This document shows, piece by piece, positions 28,097-39,655 of a stretch of DNA of 64,000 nucleotides. Within the stretch, counting starts at the first letter, position 1. Each line of letters starts with the position of its first letter. A program made the position numbers and the translations under genes. The stretch is from an uncultured Alphaproteobacteria bacterium. GTDB lineage: Bacteria > Pseudomonadota > Alphaproteobacteria > Methylaequorales > Methylaequoraceae. Under the pieces are notes generated by a model. The model ran no database searches and was not told the origin of the DNA. It worked only from the letters and a program-made list of their open reading frames with translations. Location of the stretch: contig CACFSX010000003.1 in NCBI GenBank assembly GCA_902569095.1, positions 9,533 to 73,532 on the forward strand. The letters are read 5' to 3'.

Positions 28097-30876
28097 ATTC
28101 AGTTGGAAATGAATTAGTTCTAGTAGACGGTTCTGGCTATATATTCAGAGCTTACTACGCTCTTCCTCCAATGTTTAGATCCGATGGACTTCCGGTCAAC
28201 GCAGTTTTTGGCTTTACCAATATGCTTCTTAAGTTAATAGATGACATTCAAAGTGAAAAAGGAGGAAATGTTGCAATTGCAGTGATATTTGATGCTGCAA
28301 GAAAGACATTTAGAAATGATATTTATCCAGACTATAAAGCAAATAGATCTGACCCTCCGGAAGACTTGAAACCTCAATTTGATATAATAAAAAAAGTTCC
28401 TGATGCTTTCAACCTTCAATCAATAGATTCATTAGGTTTTGAAGCAGACGATTTAATTGCATCTTATTCCAAAAAAGCAAAACAAGAAGGTAAAAAAATT
28501 ACGATTATTTCCTCAGATAAAGATCTAATGCAACTTTTAGGTAAAAATGTTTCGATGATAGATCCACTAAAAAAAAAAGAAATTACCTCAGAAAGTGTAA
28601 TTGAAAAGTTTGGCGTTGGTCCTGAAAAAGTTATTGAAGTTCAAGCATTGGCTGGAGATACCTCAGATAATATTCCTGGTGTCCCAGGAATTGGTCCTAA
28701 AACAGCTTCACAATTAATAAATGAATATGGAAATATCGAAAATCTTATTGCAAATGTCAAAAATATAAAACAAGAAAAAAGAAAAGAGGCTATTTCAGAC
28801 AATAAAGATCTTTTAATTATTTCGAAGAAATTAGTAACTTTGAAGGATGATGTAAACCTACCTGTTTCAATTGAAAAATTGAATTTCAAACCATTAGAGG
28901 TTGAAAAACTTATAAACTTTTTAGATGAAATGGAGTTCAATAGGATTAAATCGTTAGTAACTAATAAATTTGGTTCAAAAAATCAGCCACCTTCTCAAAC
29001 GGAAAAACAAAATAATCAAGAGAAAGAAAATGAATACTTCACTCCTATAAGAGAAAAAGTAAATAGAGGAATTTACGAATTAATTTTAAATGAAAAAGAC
29101 TTAACAATATGGATTCAAAAAATTATTGAAAGTGGAGTTGTAGCGATAGATTGTGAAACAACTTCACTTAGTGCTACCGAGGCAGAAATTGTTGGTTTTT
29201 CAATGTCGATAGAGAATAGCCAAGCTTGTTACATCCCTTTAAATCATAAAGGCTTGAAAAAACAATTAGATTTAAATGTCTTTATTGAAAAAATAAAAAT
29301 AATTTTAGAGGATAACTCAATATTGAAAATCGGACAAAATATTAAATATGATTTCATAATTCTCAAGGGACTAGGCGTCAGCGTGAATAATATGGACGAT
29401 ACTATGCTTATGTCATATGTTTTGAGAACTGGTCAAAGAGGACACGGATTAGACGAACTGTCATCTGATTTTTTATTTCATGATACTATTAAATACTCAG
29501 ATGTAACCGTAGTTGAAAAAAAAAAAATTTTGTTTTCAGAAGTTTCTGCAGATAAAGCAAAAAATTATGCTGCTGAAGATGCAGATGTCACCTATAGGTT
29601 GTGGGAAATCCTTAAAATTTTATTAATCAAGGAAGGACTTTATGACTTTTATTTTTATGTTGAAAAACCATTGATAGAAGTAATTGCAGAAATGGAGATT
29701 GCCGGATGTAAAGTTGATAATCCTAAATTAACCAAACTTTCTGGAGAATTTTTAGAAAAAATGTCAATGATAGAAAGGGAAATTTTTAAGTTGAGCAAAG
29801 AGGATTTTAACATAGGATCACCAAAGCAGTTGGGAGAAGTTTTATTTGATAAGCTTAAACTTCCTTATGGTAAAAAAGGTAAAAGTGGGAACTATCAAAC
29901 TGATGTTAAAGTTCTCGAAAAATTAAAAGCTGAAAATTTTAATATTGCATCCTTAGTTTTGGATTGGAGACAATATTCAAAGTTGAGGGGTACATATTGT
30001 GAGGGTTTATTGTCAAGAGAAAATGTAAAAACAAATAGAATTCACACATCGTTTGGCATGGCGAGTACTTTAACTGGCAGACTCTCATCAAATGATCCTA
30101 ATCTACAAAATATCCCAATTAAAACAGAGGAAGGAAGGGAAATAAGAAAAGTATTTATATGTGATGAAAAAAATCGAATCATCTCAATTGACTACTCTCA
30201 AATTGAATTAAGAATTTTAGCGCATGTTGCAAACATAAAAACTTTAATAAATGCTTTTGAAAACGATAGTGATATTCATACTGTTACAGCTATGGAAGTC
30301 TTTCAGATTTCAAAAGACAAAGTTACTAATGAATTTAGACGAAAGGCAAAGATAATTAATTTTGGAATTATATATGGAATTTCTGCCTATGGTTTAGCTT
30401 TACAACTAGAAATCCCAAATAGTGAAGCAAAAATGTACATGGATCAATATTTCAAAAAATATCCGGGCATTAAAGATTATATGAGAAACACGATTCAAGA
30501 ATGTAGATCGAATGGTTATGTCAAAACACCTTTTGGGAGAAGGATATTTATTCCATTTATAAATGATAAGGTTGTTACAAGAAAAAATTTTGCTGAAAGA
30601 TCTGCTATTAATGCTCCTATTCAGGGTGGAGCTGCAGACATGATAAAATTAGCAATGCCAAGGGTTCAGAAATTTTTAATAGATGAGAAATTAAAGACAA
30701 AGATATTACTACAGGTTCATGATGAACTATTATTTGAATCTCCTCAAAGTGAAATAGATATAATCAAAAACAAGATTCCTGAAATAATGACAAGTTCACA
30801 TAAAAATTTTATCTCTTTAAAAGTGCCAATCAAAGTTGATATAGGTGTTGGAAATAGTTGGGATGATGCTCATTGA
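28093..30876 (+). CDS. polA: DNA polymerase I
   Basis: 5'-3' exo LVDGSGYIFRAY, 3'-5' exo IDCET and YAAEDAD, polymerase DYSQIELR, NFGIIYG, QVHDEL. Confidence 0.98.
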   Translation: MNSVGNELVLVDGSGYIFRAYYALPPMFRSDGLPVNAVFGFTNMLLKLIDDIQSEKGGNVAIAVIFDAARKTFRNDIYPDYKANRSDPPEDLKPQFDIIKKVPDAFNLQSIDSLGFEADDLIASYSKKAKQEGKKITIISSDKDLMQLLGKNVSMIDPLKKKEITSESVIEKFGVGPEKVIEVQALAGDTSDNIPGVPGIGPKTASQLINEYGNIENLIANVKNIKQEKRKEAISDNKDLLIISKKLVTLKDDVNLPVSIEKLNFKPLEVEKLINFLDEMEFNRIKSLVTNKFGSKNQPPSQTEKQNNQEKENEYFTPIREKVNRGIYELILNEKDLTIWIQKIIESGVVAIDCETTSLSATEAEIVGFSMSIENSQACYIPLNHKGLKKQLDLNVFIEKIKIILEDNSILKIGQNIKYDFIILKGLGVSVNNMDDTMLMSYVLRTGQRGHGLDELSSDFLFHDTIKYSDVTVVEKKKILFSEVSADKAKNYAAEDADVTYRLWEILKILLIKEGLYDFYFYVEKPLIEVIAEMEIAGCKVDNPKLTKLSGEFLEKMSMIEREIFKLSKEDFNIGSPKQLGEVLFDKLKLPYGKKGKSGNYQTDVKVLEKLKAENFNIASLVLDWRQYSKLRGTYCEGLLSRENVKTNRIHTSFGMASTLTGRLSSNDPNLQNIPIKTEEGREIRKVFICDEKNRIISIDYSQIELRILAHVANIKTLINAFENDSDIHTVTAMEVFQISKDKVTNEFRRKAKIINFGIIYGISAYGLALQLEIPNSEAKMYMDQYFKKYPGIKDYMRNTIQECRSNGYVKTPFGRRIFIPFINDKVVTRKNFAERSAINAPIQGGAADMIKLAMPRVQKFLIDEKLKTKILLQVHDELLFESPQSEIDIIKNKIPEIMTSSHKNFISLKVPIKVDIGVGNSWDDAH

Positions 30877-31661
30877 GAAATAGATGCTTGCTTATGCAGT
30901 TTTACAAAAATGCCTCTTAATTTTGATGCGTTATTAATCGACCTTTCAAAACAATATCTCATAACCATGTCTTTTTTTCTTAGATCAAATCCGTCTGGAT
31001 CAACTCCGATAAGCTGCCAATTTTTTTTTAGGCTTAGAGAAATCCCTTTGATAAACTTTTTAACATACAAATCGATTGATTCTTTATGATGGTCGTTCAT
31101 ATGTGATATGATGCTATTTTCAGATTCTTGAAAATTTTTGAAGTTATTACATATAAGGTCCTTTTTTGAAAACCACTTTACACTAGCAAATCCACCTATT
31201 AGATGGGCTCCTATTATATCTAATCTATAAAAATTCATGTCGGAAAAGTTGGCGTACAAATTAGATGTTGGATGTCTATTTAAAAATCTAGTTTTGTGAT
31301 TTAAATTTCTCGTTATTTTTAATTTTCCTATTAATGTTACTCTTGGTCTTGACATTGGATCTTCATAATTAAAAGGATTTTTTTTAAATTTAGGGAAATA
31401 GGGATACAGCTTTTGTTCTTCACAAAGCATCAGTGAAACCAAATTATCTTTAGAAATATTGGTGGTGTGTTCAGATAACTTTGAAAGTAGAACAATAGGA
31501 CTTAAGTCATAATCAAACGCCGTAAGGGTGAAAGTTGAATAAGGAAAGGTTTGCTTAACATTAATTTTTTTAGCTCCAAAGCTCATTGGATCGAAACTAG
31601 TTGATAAGTATCCTCTTGAAGAGGACCTAATTAATTGTCTTGTGGCGTAATTAATTTTCAT
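30870..31661 (-). CDS. HugZ-like pyridoxamine 5'-phosphate oxidase-related protein with DUF2470
   Basis: LLSKLSEHTTNI, PRVTLIG, YANFSD, IGGFAS, IISHMNDHH, GVDPDGFD. Confidence 0.85.
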   Translation of the reverse strand: MKINYATRQLIRSSSRGYLSTSFDPMSFGAKKINVKQTFPYSTFTLTAFDYDLSPIVLLSKLSEHTTNISKDNLVSLMLCEEQKLYPYFPKFKKNPFNYEDPMSRPRVTLIGKLKITRNLNHKTRFLNRHPTSNLYANFSDMNFYRLDIIGAHLIGGFASVKWFSKKDLICNNFKNFQESENSIISHMNDHHKESIDLYVKKFIKGISLSLKKNWQLIGVDPDGFDLRKKDMVMRYCFERSINNASKLRGIFVKLHKQASISQ

Positions 31662-31709
31662 TCTTTTCTCTTAATATATTATGTATAATAACTTCAGGAT
31701 TTAATTTAA

Positions 31710-32165
31710 ATGAAAAATTTCAAATACATACAATTTATATTTCTTTTAATATTCTCAAATTCTGTAAATTCAAATCAAGATTCTATAGTCTTTCACGGAG
31801 CTTACACATTTGAGACTTTTAATGGTCAAAGAGCATGTGCTGTATATGTTTCTATTTTCAATAATACAAATAAGGATTTCTTAATAGAATCAATATCTAC
31901 TGAAGTGGCTTCAAAAGCTGAAATTCATGAAATTGAGACCGAAAACGAAATCATAAAAATGAAAAAGAAAGAAAATTTTTTAATAAAATCTAAACAGCAA
32001 GTTTTTTTTCAACCTGGCGGAACTCATTTAATGTTAATGGGTTTAAAAAAAAAACTTGATGATGGATCTTCTTTTAAAGTTGAGTTTTCACTAAATGACG
32101 GAAGTAAAAAGAAAGTTCCTGTTATGGTTTTAAATGAAAAATTGAAAGAGAACTTTATCGAGTAA
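31710..32165 (+). CDS. Copper chaperone PCu(A)C
   Basis: H-x10-M...PGGTHLML copper motif; signal peptide. Confidence 0.88.
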   Translation: MKNFKYIQFIFLLIFSNSVNSNQDSIVFHGAYTFETFNGQRACAVYVSIFNNTNKDFLIESISTEVASKAEIHEIETENEIIKMKKKENFLIKSKQQVFFQPGGTHLMLMGLKKKLDDGSSFKVEFSLNDGSKKKVPVMVLNEKLKENFIE

Positions 32166-32166
32166 A

Positions 32167-32592
32167 ATGAATTTAAAGAGAATTCATAGCACGTCTGTGG
32201 TAATAGATGATAACGGAGTGTTGATTTTGGGTGATTCAGGTTCTGGAAAATCAGATTTAGCATTGAGATTGATTGACAATGGTGCAACTTTAATTTCAGA
32301 TGATATTTCGATTTGTAGAAAAAATTCAAATAATATTTATCTTTACTGTCCTCCAGAAATTAAGGGTTTGCTTGAAGTAAGAGAGATTGGAATAATTACA
32401 GTTCCTTTCGTCGAGAGAATAAAATTGCGATTAGTTGTTAATTTGAAAAGCAATAATAATGAAAGGTTTCCAAAGGATAGTTCTTTTAGAATACTGGGAA
32501 TTAAGATTCCTATCATCAATATTGAAGGAAAAAATTCATCGGCAGTTGCAAAGATTAAAGTAAAATTAAATGAGATTAGAGAAACAATATAA
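32167..32592 (+). CDS. hprK: HPr kinase/phosphorylase (short alphaproteobacterial form)
   Basis: GVLILGDSGSGKSDLALRLI, ISDD, GLLEVREIG. Confidence 0.9.
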   Translation: MNLKRIHSTSVVIDDNGVLILGDSGSGKSDLALRLIDNGATLISDDISICRKNSNNIYLYCPPEIKGLLEVREIGIITVPFVERIKLRLVVNLKSNNNERFPKDSSFRILGIKIPIINIEGKNSSAVAKIKVKLNEIRETI

Positions 32593-33427
32593 GGTTTTCA
32601 TAGTTACTGGATTGTCAGGTGCTGGAAGGTCATCAGCATTAAAAATTTTTGAAGATATGGGTTTTGAGGCAATCGATAATTTACCGACCTACCTTTTGAG
32701 TAATATAATAAACACGAAGATAAAAAGAAATCTTGCCGTCGGAATTGATGTTAGAACAAGAGACTTTGATCCAAAAAAAGTAGCTAAAGAGATTTCCCAA
32801 AAAAAAAAGAATTTAACTCTTTCAGTCATTTTTTTTGATTGCGACAACACAACTTTATTGAATAGGTTTAAAGAAAGTAGAAGAGTGCACCCTTTAAAAC
32901 TAGACTTACCAATTGTAGAAAAAATTGAAGCAGAGAGGAATTGGCTTAAACCGTTATTGAATATAAATGACTACTACATTGATACATCAAAATTTACTTT
33001 AAATCGTCTTAAAAATGAGATGCAAATTTTGTTTAAAAAACACTCCGACTCAAAAATTAATTTGAGAATTATTTCTTTTGGATATAAATTTGGATTACCA
33101 AGAGAAGCAGATATTGTTTTCGATATGAGGTTTTTAAGGAACCCATTTTATGAAAAAAACCTTAAAAAATTTGATGGTAAAAACTTTAAAGTTATAAATT
33201 TTGTTAAAAAACAGAAGTATTTTGATTTTTTTTTTGATACTCTTTTGCTACTGTTTAATAATATTCTTGAGGGATATAAAAAAGAGGGAAAGGAACATAT
33301 CACCATAGCATTTGGTTGTACAGGCGGAGTCCATAGATCTGTTGTATCCAGTGAACATTTCCTTAGTTTAATTAATAATAATAAAAAATTGAGAATTTTT
33401 ATAGAACATAGAGATATAGCAAAATGA
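32570..33427 (+). CDS. rapZ: RNase adapter RapZ
   Basis: VTGLSGAGRS, IDNLP, SFGYKFGLP, DMRFLRNP, GCTGGVHRSV. Confidence 0.93.
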   Translation: MRLEKQYKVFIVTGLSGAGRSSALKIFEDMGFEAIDNLPTYLLSNIINTKIKRNLAVGIDVRTRDFDPKKVAKEISQKKKNLTLSVIFFDCDNTTLLNRFKESRRVHPLKLDLPIVEKIEAERNWLKPLLNINDYYIDTSKFTLNRLKNEMQILFKKHSDSKINLRIISFGYKFGLPREADIVFDMRFLRNPFYEKNLKKFDGKNFKVINFVKKQKYFDFFFDTLLLLFNNILEGYKKEGKEHITIAFGCTGGVHRSVVSSEHFLSLINNNKKLRIFIEHRDIAK

Positions 33428-33846
33428 TTGGTGTAGTTTTAGTAAGTCATGAAAATATTGCAAAAGAGATGCTCAGTGTCATTCAACACATTGTTGGTCC
33501 TCAAGAAAACCTGATAGCAATATCTATTTTTCCTGAAGATGATATGGAGAAAAAAAGATTACAAATTCTTGACTCAGTAAAAAAAGTTGATGCAGGCAAA
33601 GGTGTAATTGTTTTAACAGATATGTTTGGTGGAACTCCGTCAAATCTTGCAATTTCCGTTATGGATAACGAAAAAATTGAAGTTGTAGCTGGTGTAAATT
33701 TACCAATGTTGATTAAAATGATGTCCATAAGGGATAAAAAGTCAATTAAAGAGATAATCGCGATTTCACAGGAGTCAGGCCGAAAATATATAAACGTCGC
33801 TTCAGCATTTTTTGAGGAAAGAAAAGATTGGAACAAAAAAAAGTAG
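33424..33846 (+). CDS. manX: PTS EIIA component, mannose/fructose family
   Basis: MIGVVLVSH, LTDMFGGTPSN, GVNLPMLI. Confidence 0.92.
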   Translation: MIGVVLVSHENIAKEMLSVIQHIVGPQENLIAISIFPEDDMEKKRLQILDSVKKVDAGKGVIVLTDMFGGTPSNLAISVMDNEKIEVVAGVNLPMLIKMMSIRDKKSIKEIIAISQESGRKYINVASAFFEERKDWNKKK

Positions 33847-35897
33847 AAAGAAAAATATTAATAACTAATAAGCTAGGAATTCATGCGAGAGCTGCAGCAA
33901 AATTTGTGGAATTAACTTCCAAATGTGACTCAAAGTTTATTGTTAAAAAAGGTTCAAAGGTTGTAAACGGTTCCTCTCTTCTGGGTTTAATGACTTTGGC
34001 TGCCTCTAAAGGAACGGAAATAAAAGTTCAATGTATTGGAAATAATTCAGAAAAGGATTTAAATAAACTAATTAGTTTAATAAAAAATAATTTTGGAGAA
34101 GAAAAACCTTTATCAGAGAATACAGATAAAGAGTTGGTTTTAAAAGGAATTGGGGTTTCAAGTGGATATGCGATAGGAAACTGTTTAGTAAAACAAAAAA
34201 CAAATCTTTCTAATGTAAGATATAACATTTCCATATCATCAGTACAAAAAGAAATAATACGATTGGAAAAAGCAGTTAAAGTCTCTATTTTAGACATCAA
34301 AAAGATTATCAAGAAAATAAGTCACCATAAAAATGATATCTATAAAGAGATGAAATTTATGTTAGAGGCTAATATTTCAATTATTAGGTCATCATCACTT
34401 ATGAAGGACGCAAAACAAAGAATAAGAGAGGATCTAATAAATGCAGAATATGCAGTTGATGAAGTTCTTAATAAGCATTCAAAAATTTTTAAACGCATAA
34501 AGGACGACTACCTAAAAGACAGATTTGATGATGTGAGAGATGTTTGTACAAGAATAATTGAAAACCTTCAAAAAAAAAAAGTCCAGACCAGTATTAAAAA
34601 TAATCAGATATTATTTTCGTCTGAGTTGAGTCCATCTGATCTATTGGCTAATGCAAAAATTAAATTTTTGGGCCTAGCAAGTATGTTTGGAGGCCCTGAG
34701 GGTCATTTTGCAATAGTAGCTCGGTCTTTGTCTATTCCAACTGTAGTTGGTGTAAAAAACGCTATTAAATATCTCAAAAACGGCGAAAAAATTGTAATAG
34801 ACGGTGATAGAGGATTATTGATCAAGAATCCTTCAAAAAAGACGATATTAATATATAAAAAAAAAATTGAAGAAAAAAAATATGAGGATCAAAAGTTAAA
34901 TTCATTTATTAAGACCATTCCAGTTACTAACGATAAAAAAAGAGTAAGAATTGAGGCTAATGTTGATGATTCTGATGAAGTTAAAATATCAATGAAAAAA
35001 GGAATAGATGGTATTGGTTTATACAGGACTGAGTATCTTTTTATGAACAAAAAAACTATACCTTCTGAACAAGATCAATTTAATTCAATTAAAAAAACTG
35101 TTATGCATTTGAAAGGTAAGCCACTAACAATTAGAACATTAGACGTTGGTAATGATAAAAAAGTACCATCTATAGAAAAATATTTAACAAAATCACCTAA
35201 TCCTGCTTTGGGGTTAAGAGCTATAAGGCTGACGCTAGCTTTTCCAAAAATTTTTAAAAGACAAATTACGGCTATCCTAAGGGCAAGCTCGTACGGCAAT
35301 ATAAGAATAATGTTACCAATGGTTTCAAATGTATCAGAGTTAATTGAGACAAAAAAAATAATAACAGAAGTAAAAAAGGATTTATTAAAAAAAAATAAAA
35401 GGTTAAAGATTACTACTCCAAAGATTGGAGTATTAATTGAAACACCGGCTGCGGCATTGATTTCTGAGGAGTTAGCTAAAAATTGTGATTTTTTTGCGAT
35501 TGGTACGAATGATTTAACAATGTACACTTTAGCCATAGATAGAGGTGATGAGGAAGTTGCTAAAATATATGATCCTGGACACCTGTCTGTTTTAAAACTA
35601 ATCCACATGACTGCTAGGTCAGCATACAGAAATAAAATTCCTGTAAGTATTTGCGGAGAGATGGCCGGAGATACATTATTTACTTCAATTCTTATTGGAA
35701 TGGGTATAAGAACACTGTCAATGAGTACATCCCGAATATTGAAAGTAAAGCAATATTTAAGTCAAGTAAATTCAAATGAAGTAAAAAAAATTTCAGATGA
35801 TATTTTTAAACAGGATGATAATGTGGTGGTAAAAAATATTTTGTACAACTACAACCAAGAAATTAATAAAAGGATAAGAGAAAAAAAATATGGATGA
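33828..35897 (+). CDS. Fused HPr - PEP:protein phosphotransferase (Enzyme I)
   Basis: aa 1-92 are HPr ([26 protein letters not shown]); EI follows ([54 protein letters not shown]). Confidence 0.92.
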   Translation: MEQKKVERKILITNKLGIHARAAAKFVELTSKCDSKFIVKKGSKVVNGSSLLGLMTLAASKGTEIKVQCIGNNSEKDLNKLISLIKNNFGEEKPLSENTDKELVLKGIGVSSGYAIGNCLVKQKTNLSNVRYNISISSVQKEIIRLEKAVKVSILDIKKIIKKISHHKNDIYKEMKFMLEANISIIRSSSLMKDAKQRIREDLINAEYAVDEVLNKHSKIFKRIKDDYLKDRFDDVRDVCTRIIENLQKKKVQTSIKNNQILFSSELSPSDLLANAKIKFLGLASMFGGPEGHFAIVARSLSIPTVVGVKNAIKYLKNGEKIVIDGDRGLLIKNPSKKTILIYKKKIEEKKYEDQKLNSFIKTIPVTNDKKRVRIEANVDDSDEVKISMKKGIDGIGLYRTEYLFMNKKTIPSEQDQFNSIKKTVMHLKGKPLTIRTLDVGNDKKVPSIEKYLTKSPNPALGLRAIRLTLAFPKIFKRQITAILRASSYGNIRIMLPMVSNVSELIETKKIITEVKKDLLKKNKRLKITTPKIGVLIETPAAALISEELAKNCDFFAIGTNDLTMYTLAIDRGDEEVAKIYDPGHLSVLKLIHMTARSAYRNKIPVSICGEMAGDTLFTSILIGMGIRTLSMSTSRILKVKQYLSQVNSNEVKKISDDIFKQDDNVVVKNILYNYNQEINKRIREKKYG

Positions 35898-37176
35898 TTT
35901 TAAAATTAAAGACATAAATTTAGCTGATTGGGGAAGAAAAGAGATTAAAATTGCTGAAACGGAAATGCCTGGGCTTATGCAGTTAAGATCAGAATTTAAA
36001 GATGAAAAACCTCTTGCTGGTGCTAGAATTGTTGGATGCTTACATATGACGATACAAACCGCAGTTTTGATTGAGACGCTTATAGACTTAGGAGCTTCTG
36101 TTAGGTGGAGCTCTTGCAATATTTATTCTACTCAAGATCAAGCAGCTGCAGCTGTTGCCAAAAGCAAAATTCCTGTTTTTGCTTGGAAAGGTGAAACTGA
36201 AGAAGAATTTTGGTGGTGTATAGAAAAAACAATTACAGGGCCTAATGACTGGAAACCCAATCTTATACTAGATGATGGAGGAGATCTTACAAAAATTATG
36301 CATGAGAAATATCCTCATCTTCTCGATGGAGTTAAAGGTTTGTCAGAAGAAACAACAACAGGTGTTTTGAGGCTTTTAGAAATGGAAAAAAACAATCAAC
36401 TTTTAGTACCTGCTATAAATGTTAATGATTCAGTCACAAAATCTAAGTTTGATAATAAATACGGTTGTAGAGAAAGCTTAGTTGATGGAATAAGAAGGGC
36501 AACCGATGTTATGATGGCTGGAAAAGTCGCACTTGTTGCAGGATATGGTGATGTTGGCAAAGGTTCTGCAGAAAGTCTAAGAAATGCAGGATGTCGGGTA
36601 GTTGTAACTGAGATAGACCCTATTTGTGCTCTCCAAGCTGCTATGGATGGGTTTGAAGTTAACACTATGGATGATGTTGCGGATAAAGCAGATATTTTTG
36701 TGACAGCCACCGGAAATGTTGATGTAATAACTATAGATCATATGAGAAAAATGAAAGACAGAAGTATTGTATGTAACATTGGACACTTCGATTCCGAAAT
36801 TCAGATTGAAGCTCTTAAAAATTATAAGTGGGATAACATAAAACCACAAGTTGACGAAATTGAATTTCCTGATGGAAAGAAAATAATTGTTCTTGCAGAG
36901 GGTCGTTTAGTAAATTTAGGATGTGCAACCGGTCATCCAAGCTTTGTTATGTCAGCTTCTTTTTCAAATCAGGTTTTGGCTCAAATAGAGTTATGGAAAA
37001 ATTATAGTAAATATAAAAATAAAGTTTATGTTCTTCCAAAAAAACTAGATGAAAAAGTAGCTAGGATACATCTTGATAAAATTGGAGCTAAGTTAACCAA
37101 ATTGTCAAAAAACCAAGGAGATTACATAAATGTTCCTGTAGGTGGACCATATAAAAGTGAAGAATATAGATATTAA
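35890..37176 (+). CDS. ahcY: Adenosylhomocysteinase
   Basis: [51 protein letters not shown]. Confidence 0.98.
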   Translation: MDDFKIKDINLADWGRKEIKIAETEMPGLMQLRSEFKDEKPLAGARIVGCLHMTIQTAVLIETLIDLGASVRWSSCNIYSTQDQAAAAVAKSKIPVFAWKGETEEEFWWCIEKTITGPNDWKPNLILDDGGDLTKIMHEKYPHLLDGVKGLSEETTTGVLRLLEMEKNNQLLVPAINVNDSVTKSKFDNKYGCRESLVDGIRRATDVMMAGKVALVAGYGDVGKGSAESLRNAGCRVVVTEIDPICALQAAMDGFEVNTMDDVADKADIFVTATGNVDVITIDHMRKMKDRSIVCNIGHFDSEIQIEALKNYKWDNIKPQVDEIEFPDGKKIIVLAEGRLVNLGCATGHPSFVMSASFSNQVLAQIELWKNYSKYKNKVYVLPKKLDEKVARIHLDKIGAKLTKLSKNQGDYINVPVGGPYKSEEYRY

Positions 37177-37181
37177 CAAAA

Positions 37182-38192
37182 CTATAGTTTTTTAATACCC
37201 GATGTAGTTGAGTATTCAAAATGAAGAACTTTATCTGGAAAAATTTTTTTGTGACAACTATGAGCAGCCATTGCAGCTTCGGAAAAGCCAGTCAAAATTA
37301 GTTTAAGCTTGCCGGGATAATCACATATGTCTCCAATCGCAAATATACCTTTAGCGGATGTTTGAAGACTTGATTGGTCAACGCTCAATAGATTTTTTTC
37401 AATTTCCAATTCCCAATCTTTAATAGGACCCAATTCAGAGGAAAGGCCAAAAAAAGGAAGAAAATAATCTACCTTAAGGTCTATTTTTTCTTCATCAAGG
37501 TTGCTAACAGTCAATGTGTTGATTTCTCCTTTAGAACCTTGAAGAGAGTGAACTTGAAAAGGTATTATTGTTTTAATTTTTTCTTCCTTTTCAAGTGAAA
37601 AAAGTTTTTCAACACTGTGGGGTGCAGCCCTTAATTTTCTTCTTCTATGAATAAAAAATACTTTCTCTGCAACTGAAGACAGTTCAATCGCCCAATCTAC
37701 GGCTGAGTCACCGCCACCAGCAATTGCTATTTTTTTATTTTTAAAAATAGATTTATTAGTTATATGATAAAAAATTGATTTATTTTCATATTCTTCAATG
37801 TCTTTCAGAGGTGGTTTATTGGGTCCAAAAGCTCCGTTGCCGGCTGCTATTAAAATACATTTACATCTGATTGATTTGTTATTTGAGGTAAAAACTAGAA
37901 ATTCATCGTTTTCTTTAGTAATTTTTTCAACTCTTTCTCCCAGTATAAATTTTGGTGAAAATGGTTTGATCTGACTGAAAAGGTTATCAATAAGTTTTTG
38001 ACCAGATATTTCAGGGTATGCAGGAATATCATATATAGGTTTTTCCGGGTACAAAGATGAGCATTGTCCACCAATAATATCAAGTGAATCGACAACACAT
38101 GATTTCATCCCAAGTTGTCCAAGCTCAAAAACTGAAAACAGCCCTACAGGACCAGCTCCGATAACTAATACATCTGTTAAAGTTTTATTCAT
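37182..38192 (-). CDS. TrxB-type ferredoxin-NADP+ reductase
   Basis: IGAGPVGL, GGQCSSLYPEKPIYD, GGGDSAVDWA, KLKLILTGF, FEYSTT; no CxxC. Confidence 0.9.
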   Translation of the reverse strand: MNKTLTDVLVIGAGPVGLFSVFELGQLGMKSCVVDSLDIIGGQCSSLYPEKPIYDIPAYPEISGQKLIDNLFSQIKPFSPKFILGERVEKITKENDEFLVFTSNNKSIRCKCILIAAGNGAFGPNKPPLKDIEEYENKSIFYHITNKSIFKNKKIAIAGGGDSAVDWAIELSSVAEKVFFIHRRRKLRAAPHSVEKLFSLEKEEKIKTIIPFQVHSLQGSKGEINTLTVSNLDEEKIDLKVDYFLPFFGLSSELGPIKDWELEIEKNLLSVDQSSLQTSAKGIFAIGDICDYPGKLKLILTGFSEAAMAAHSCHKKIFPDKVLHFEYSTTSGIKKL

Positions 38193-38252
38193 AACTGTTT
38201 TTTTTGTTTTATAAACATTAATTACTTATTTATATTAGAATAATTAATAAAA

Positions 38253-38714
38253 ATGAAAGATGAATTTAAAATTAATTTGGTTAACCTTAGTGAAACTCAA
38301 AAATTAGCACAAAAAATTGCCAAAAGAATTGAACCTAAAAGTTTTATATCTTTAAGAGGAAAACTGGGAGTCGGAAAAACTACTTTGGCTAGTTTAATAA
38401 TTAACAATCTATCCAAAAAAAAAATAAGAGTCTTAAGCCCTACCTTTTCACTTGTTAATATTTATGATTTAAAAAACATAAAAGTTTGGCACTATGATCT
38501 ATTTAGGCTTAGCAATAAAAAAGAAATTTTTGAATTGGATTTTGAATTGGCACTTTTAGACTGCGTAATAGTTGAATGGCCCGAAATTATAACTGAGTAT
38601 TTACCTCATAAAAGAATTGAAATACATCTTGATGAAGACGAATCTTTATTAAGATATGCAACTGTTAGGAGTATAAATAAAAATAAAATTTGTGAACTTG
38701 ACCCCTTAAAATGA
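38253..38714 (+). CDS. tsaE: t6A biosynthesis ATPase TsaE
   Basis: GKLGVGKTT, SPTFSLVNIY, HYDLFRL, VEWP. Confidence 0.95.
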   Translation: MKDEFKINLVNLSETQKLAQKIAKRIEPKSFISLRGKLGVGKTTLASLIINNLSKKKIRVLSPTFSLVNIYDLKNIKVWHYDLFRLSNKKEIFELDFELALLDCVIVEWPEIITEYLPHKRIEIHLDEDESLLRYATVRSINKNKICELDPLK

Positions 38715-39655
38715 TAGATGAAATAACCAAAAAATTAGATCATAAAAAAATAAAATTCGATAACTTACAATTCTTAGCTGGCGATGCTTCAGATAGAAAA
38801 TATTTTTTGATTAAACAACAAAATAATACAAATGTGTTAATGGTGGATAAAAATTCGGAGAATTTAGAAAGATTTTTAAAAATTTCTTATCTTTTAAAAG
38901 AACATGTAACTATTCCGGAGATTATTAAAGATCTGAAAGAAGATGATATTTTAATTATAGAAAATTTTAATAAAAATAAATTTAGTGAAGTATTAAAAAC
39001 ATCTAACAAAATAAAATTGTACAAAGTTGCTTTGGACGCACTCCTCTACATTCATAAAAAAAAAATTGATAAAAAACTTGTTCACTACAGCAAAAAAATC
39101 TTTTTTGATGAATCAAATTTATTTTTCGATTGGTATTTAGATATGTCAAAAAAAAGAGTTGAATTATTAAAAAATGAATTTAATTCAATTTTTTCAGGCT
39201 TTCTAGATAAAGTGTATTTATTGCCGAAAGTCTTTATTCATAGAGATTATCATGTTGATAACTTATTTTATCTTAAAGAAAAAGACAAGCATTTCAAATG
39301 TGGTTGGATTGATTATCAGGATGCCTTAGTAGGTCCATGTGTATATGATGTTGTTTCACTTGCACAGGATGCTAGAATAGACGTGGAAAAGAGAACAGAG
39401 AATTTTTTGATTAAATATTATTTAGACAATTGTGTATCTGTTGATAAAGATTTATTTTTATTTTCGTACAATGTTGTAGCAATCCAAAGACATCTTAAGG
39501 TTTTGGGAATTTTTAAGAGACTTGAAATACGAGATAATAAGAAAAATTATATCAAACATATTCCAAGAGTTTTACGTTTGCTTGAATTTAATTTAAAAAA
39601 AAACAAATTTAGCCCTTTATATAAGATTTTAGAAAAACCATTGGGTTTGTTATGA
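38711..39655 (+). CDS. amgK: Anomeric MurNAc/GlcNAc kinase (APH family)
   Basis: LAGDASDRKY, HRDYHVDNL, IDYQDA, QRHLKVLGIF; next to murU. Confidence 0.85.
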   Translation: MIDEITKKLDHKKIKFDNLQFLAGDASDRKYFLIKQQNNTNVLMVDKNSENLERFLKISYLLKEHVTIPEIIKDLKEDDILIIENFNKNKFSEVLKTSNKIKLYKVALDALLYIHKKKIDKKLVHYSKKIFFDESNLFFDWYLDMSKKRVELLKNEFNSIFSGFLDKVYLLPKVFIHRDYHVDNLFYLKEKDKHFKCGWIDYQDALVGPCVYDVVSLAQDARIDVEKRTENFLIKYYLDNCVSVDKDLFLFSYNVVAIQRHLKVLGIFKRLEIRDNKKNYIKHIPRVLRLLEFNLKKNKFSPLYKILEKPLGLL

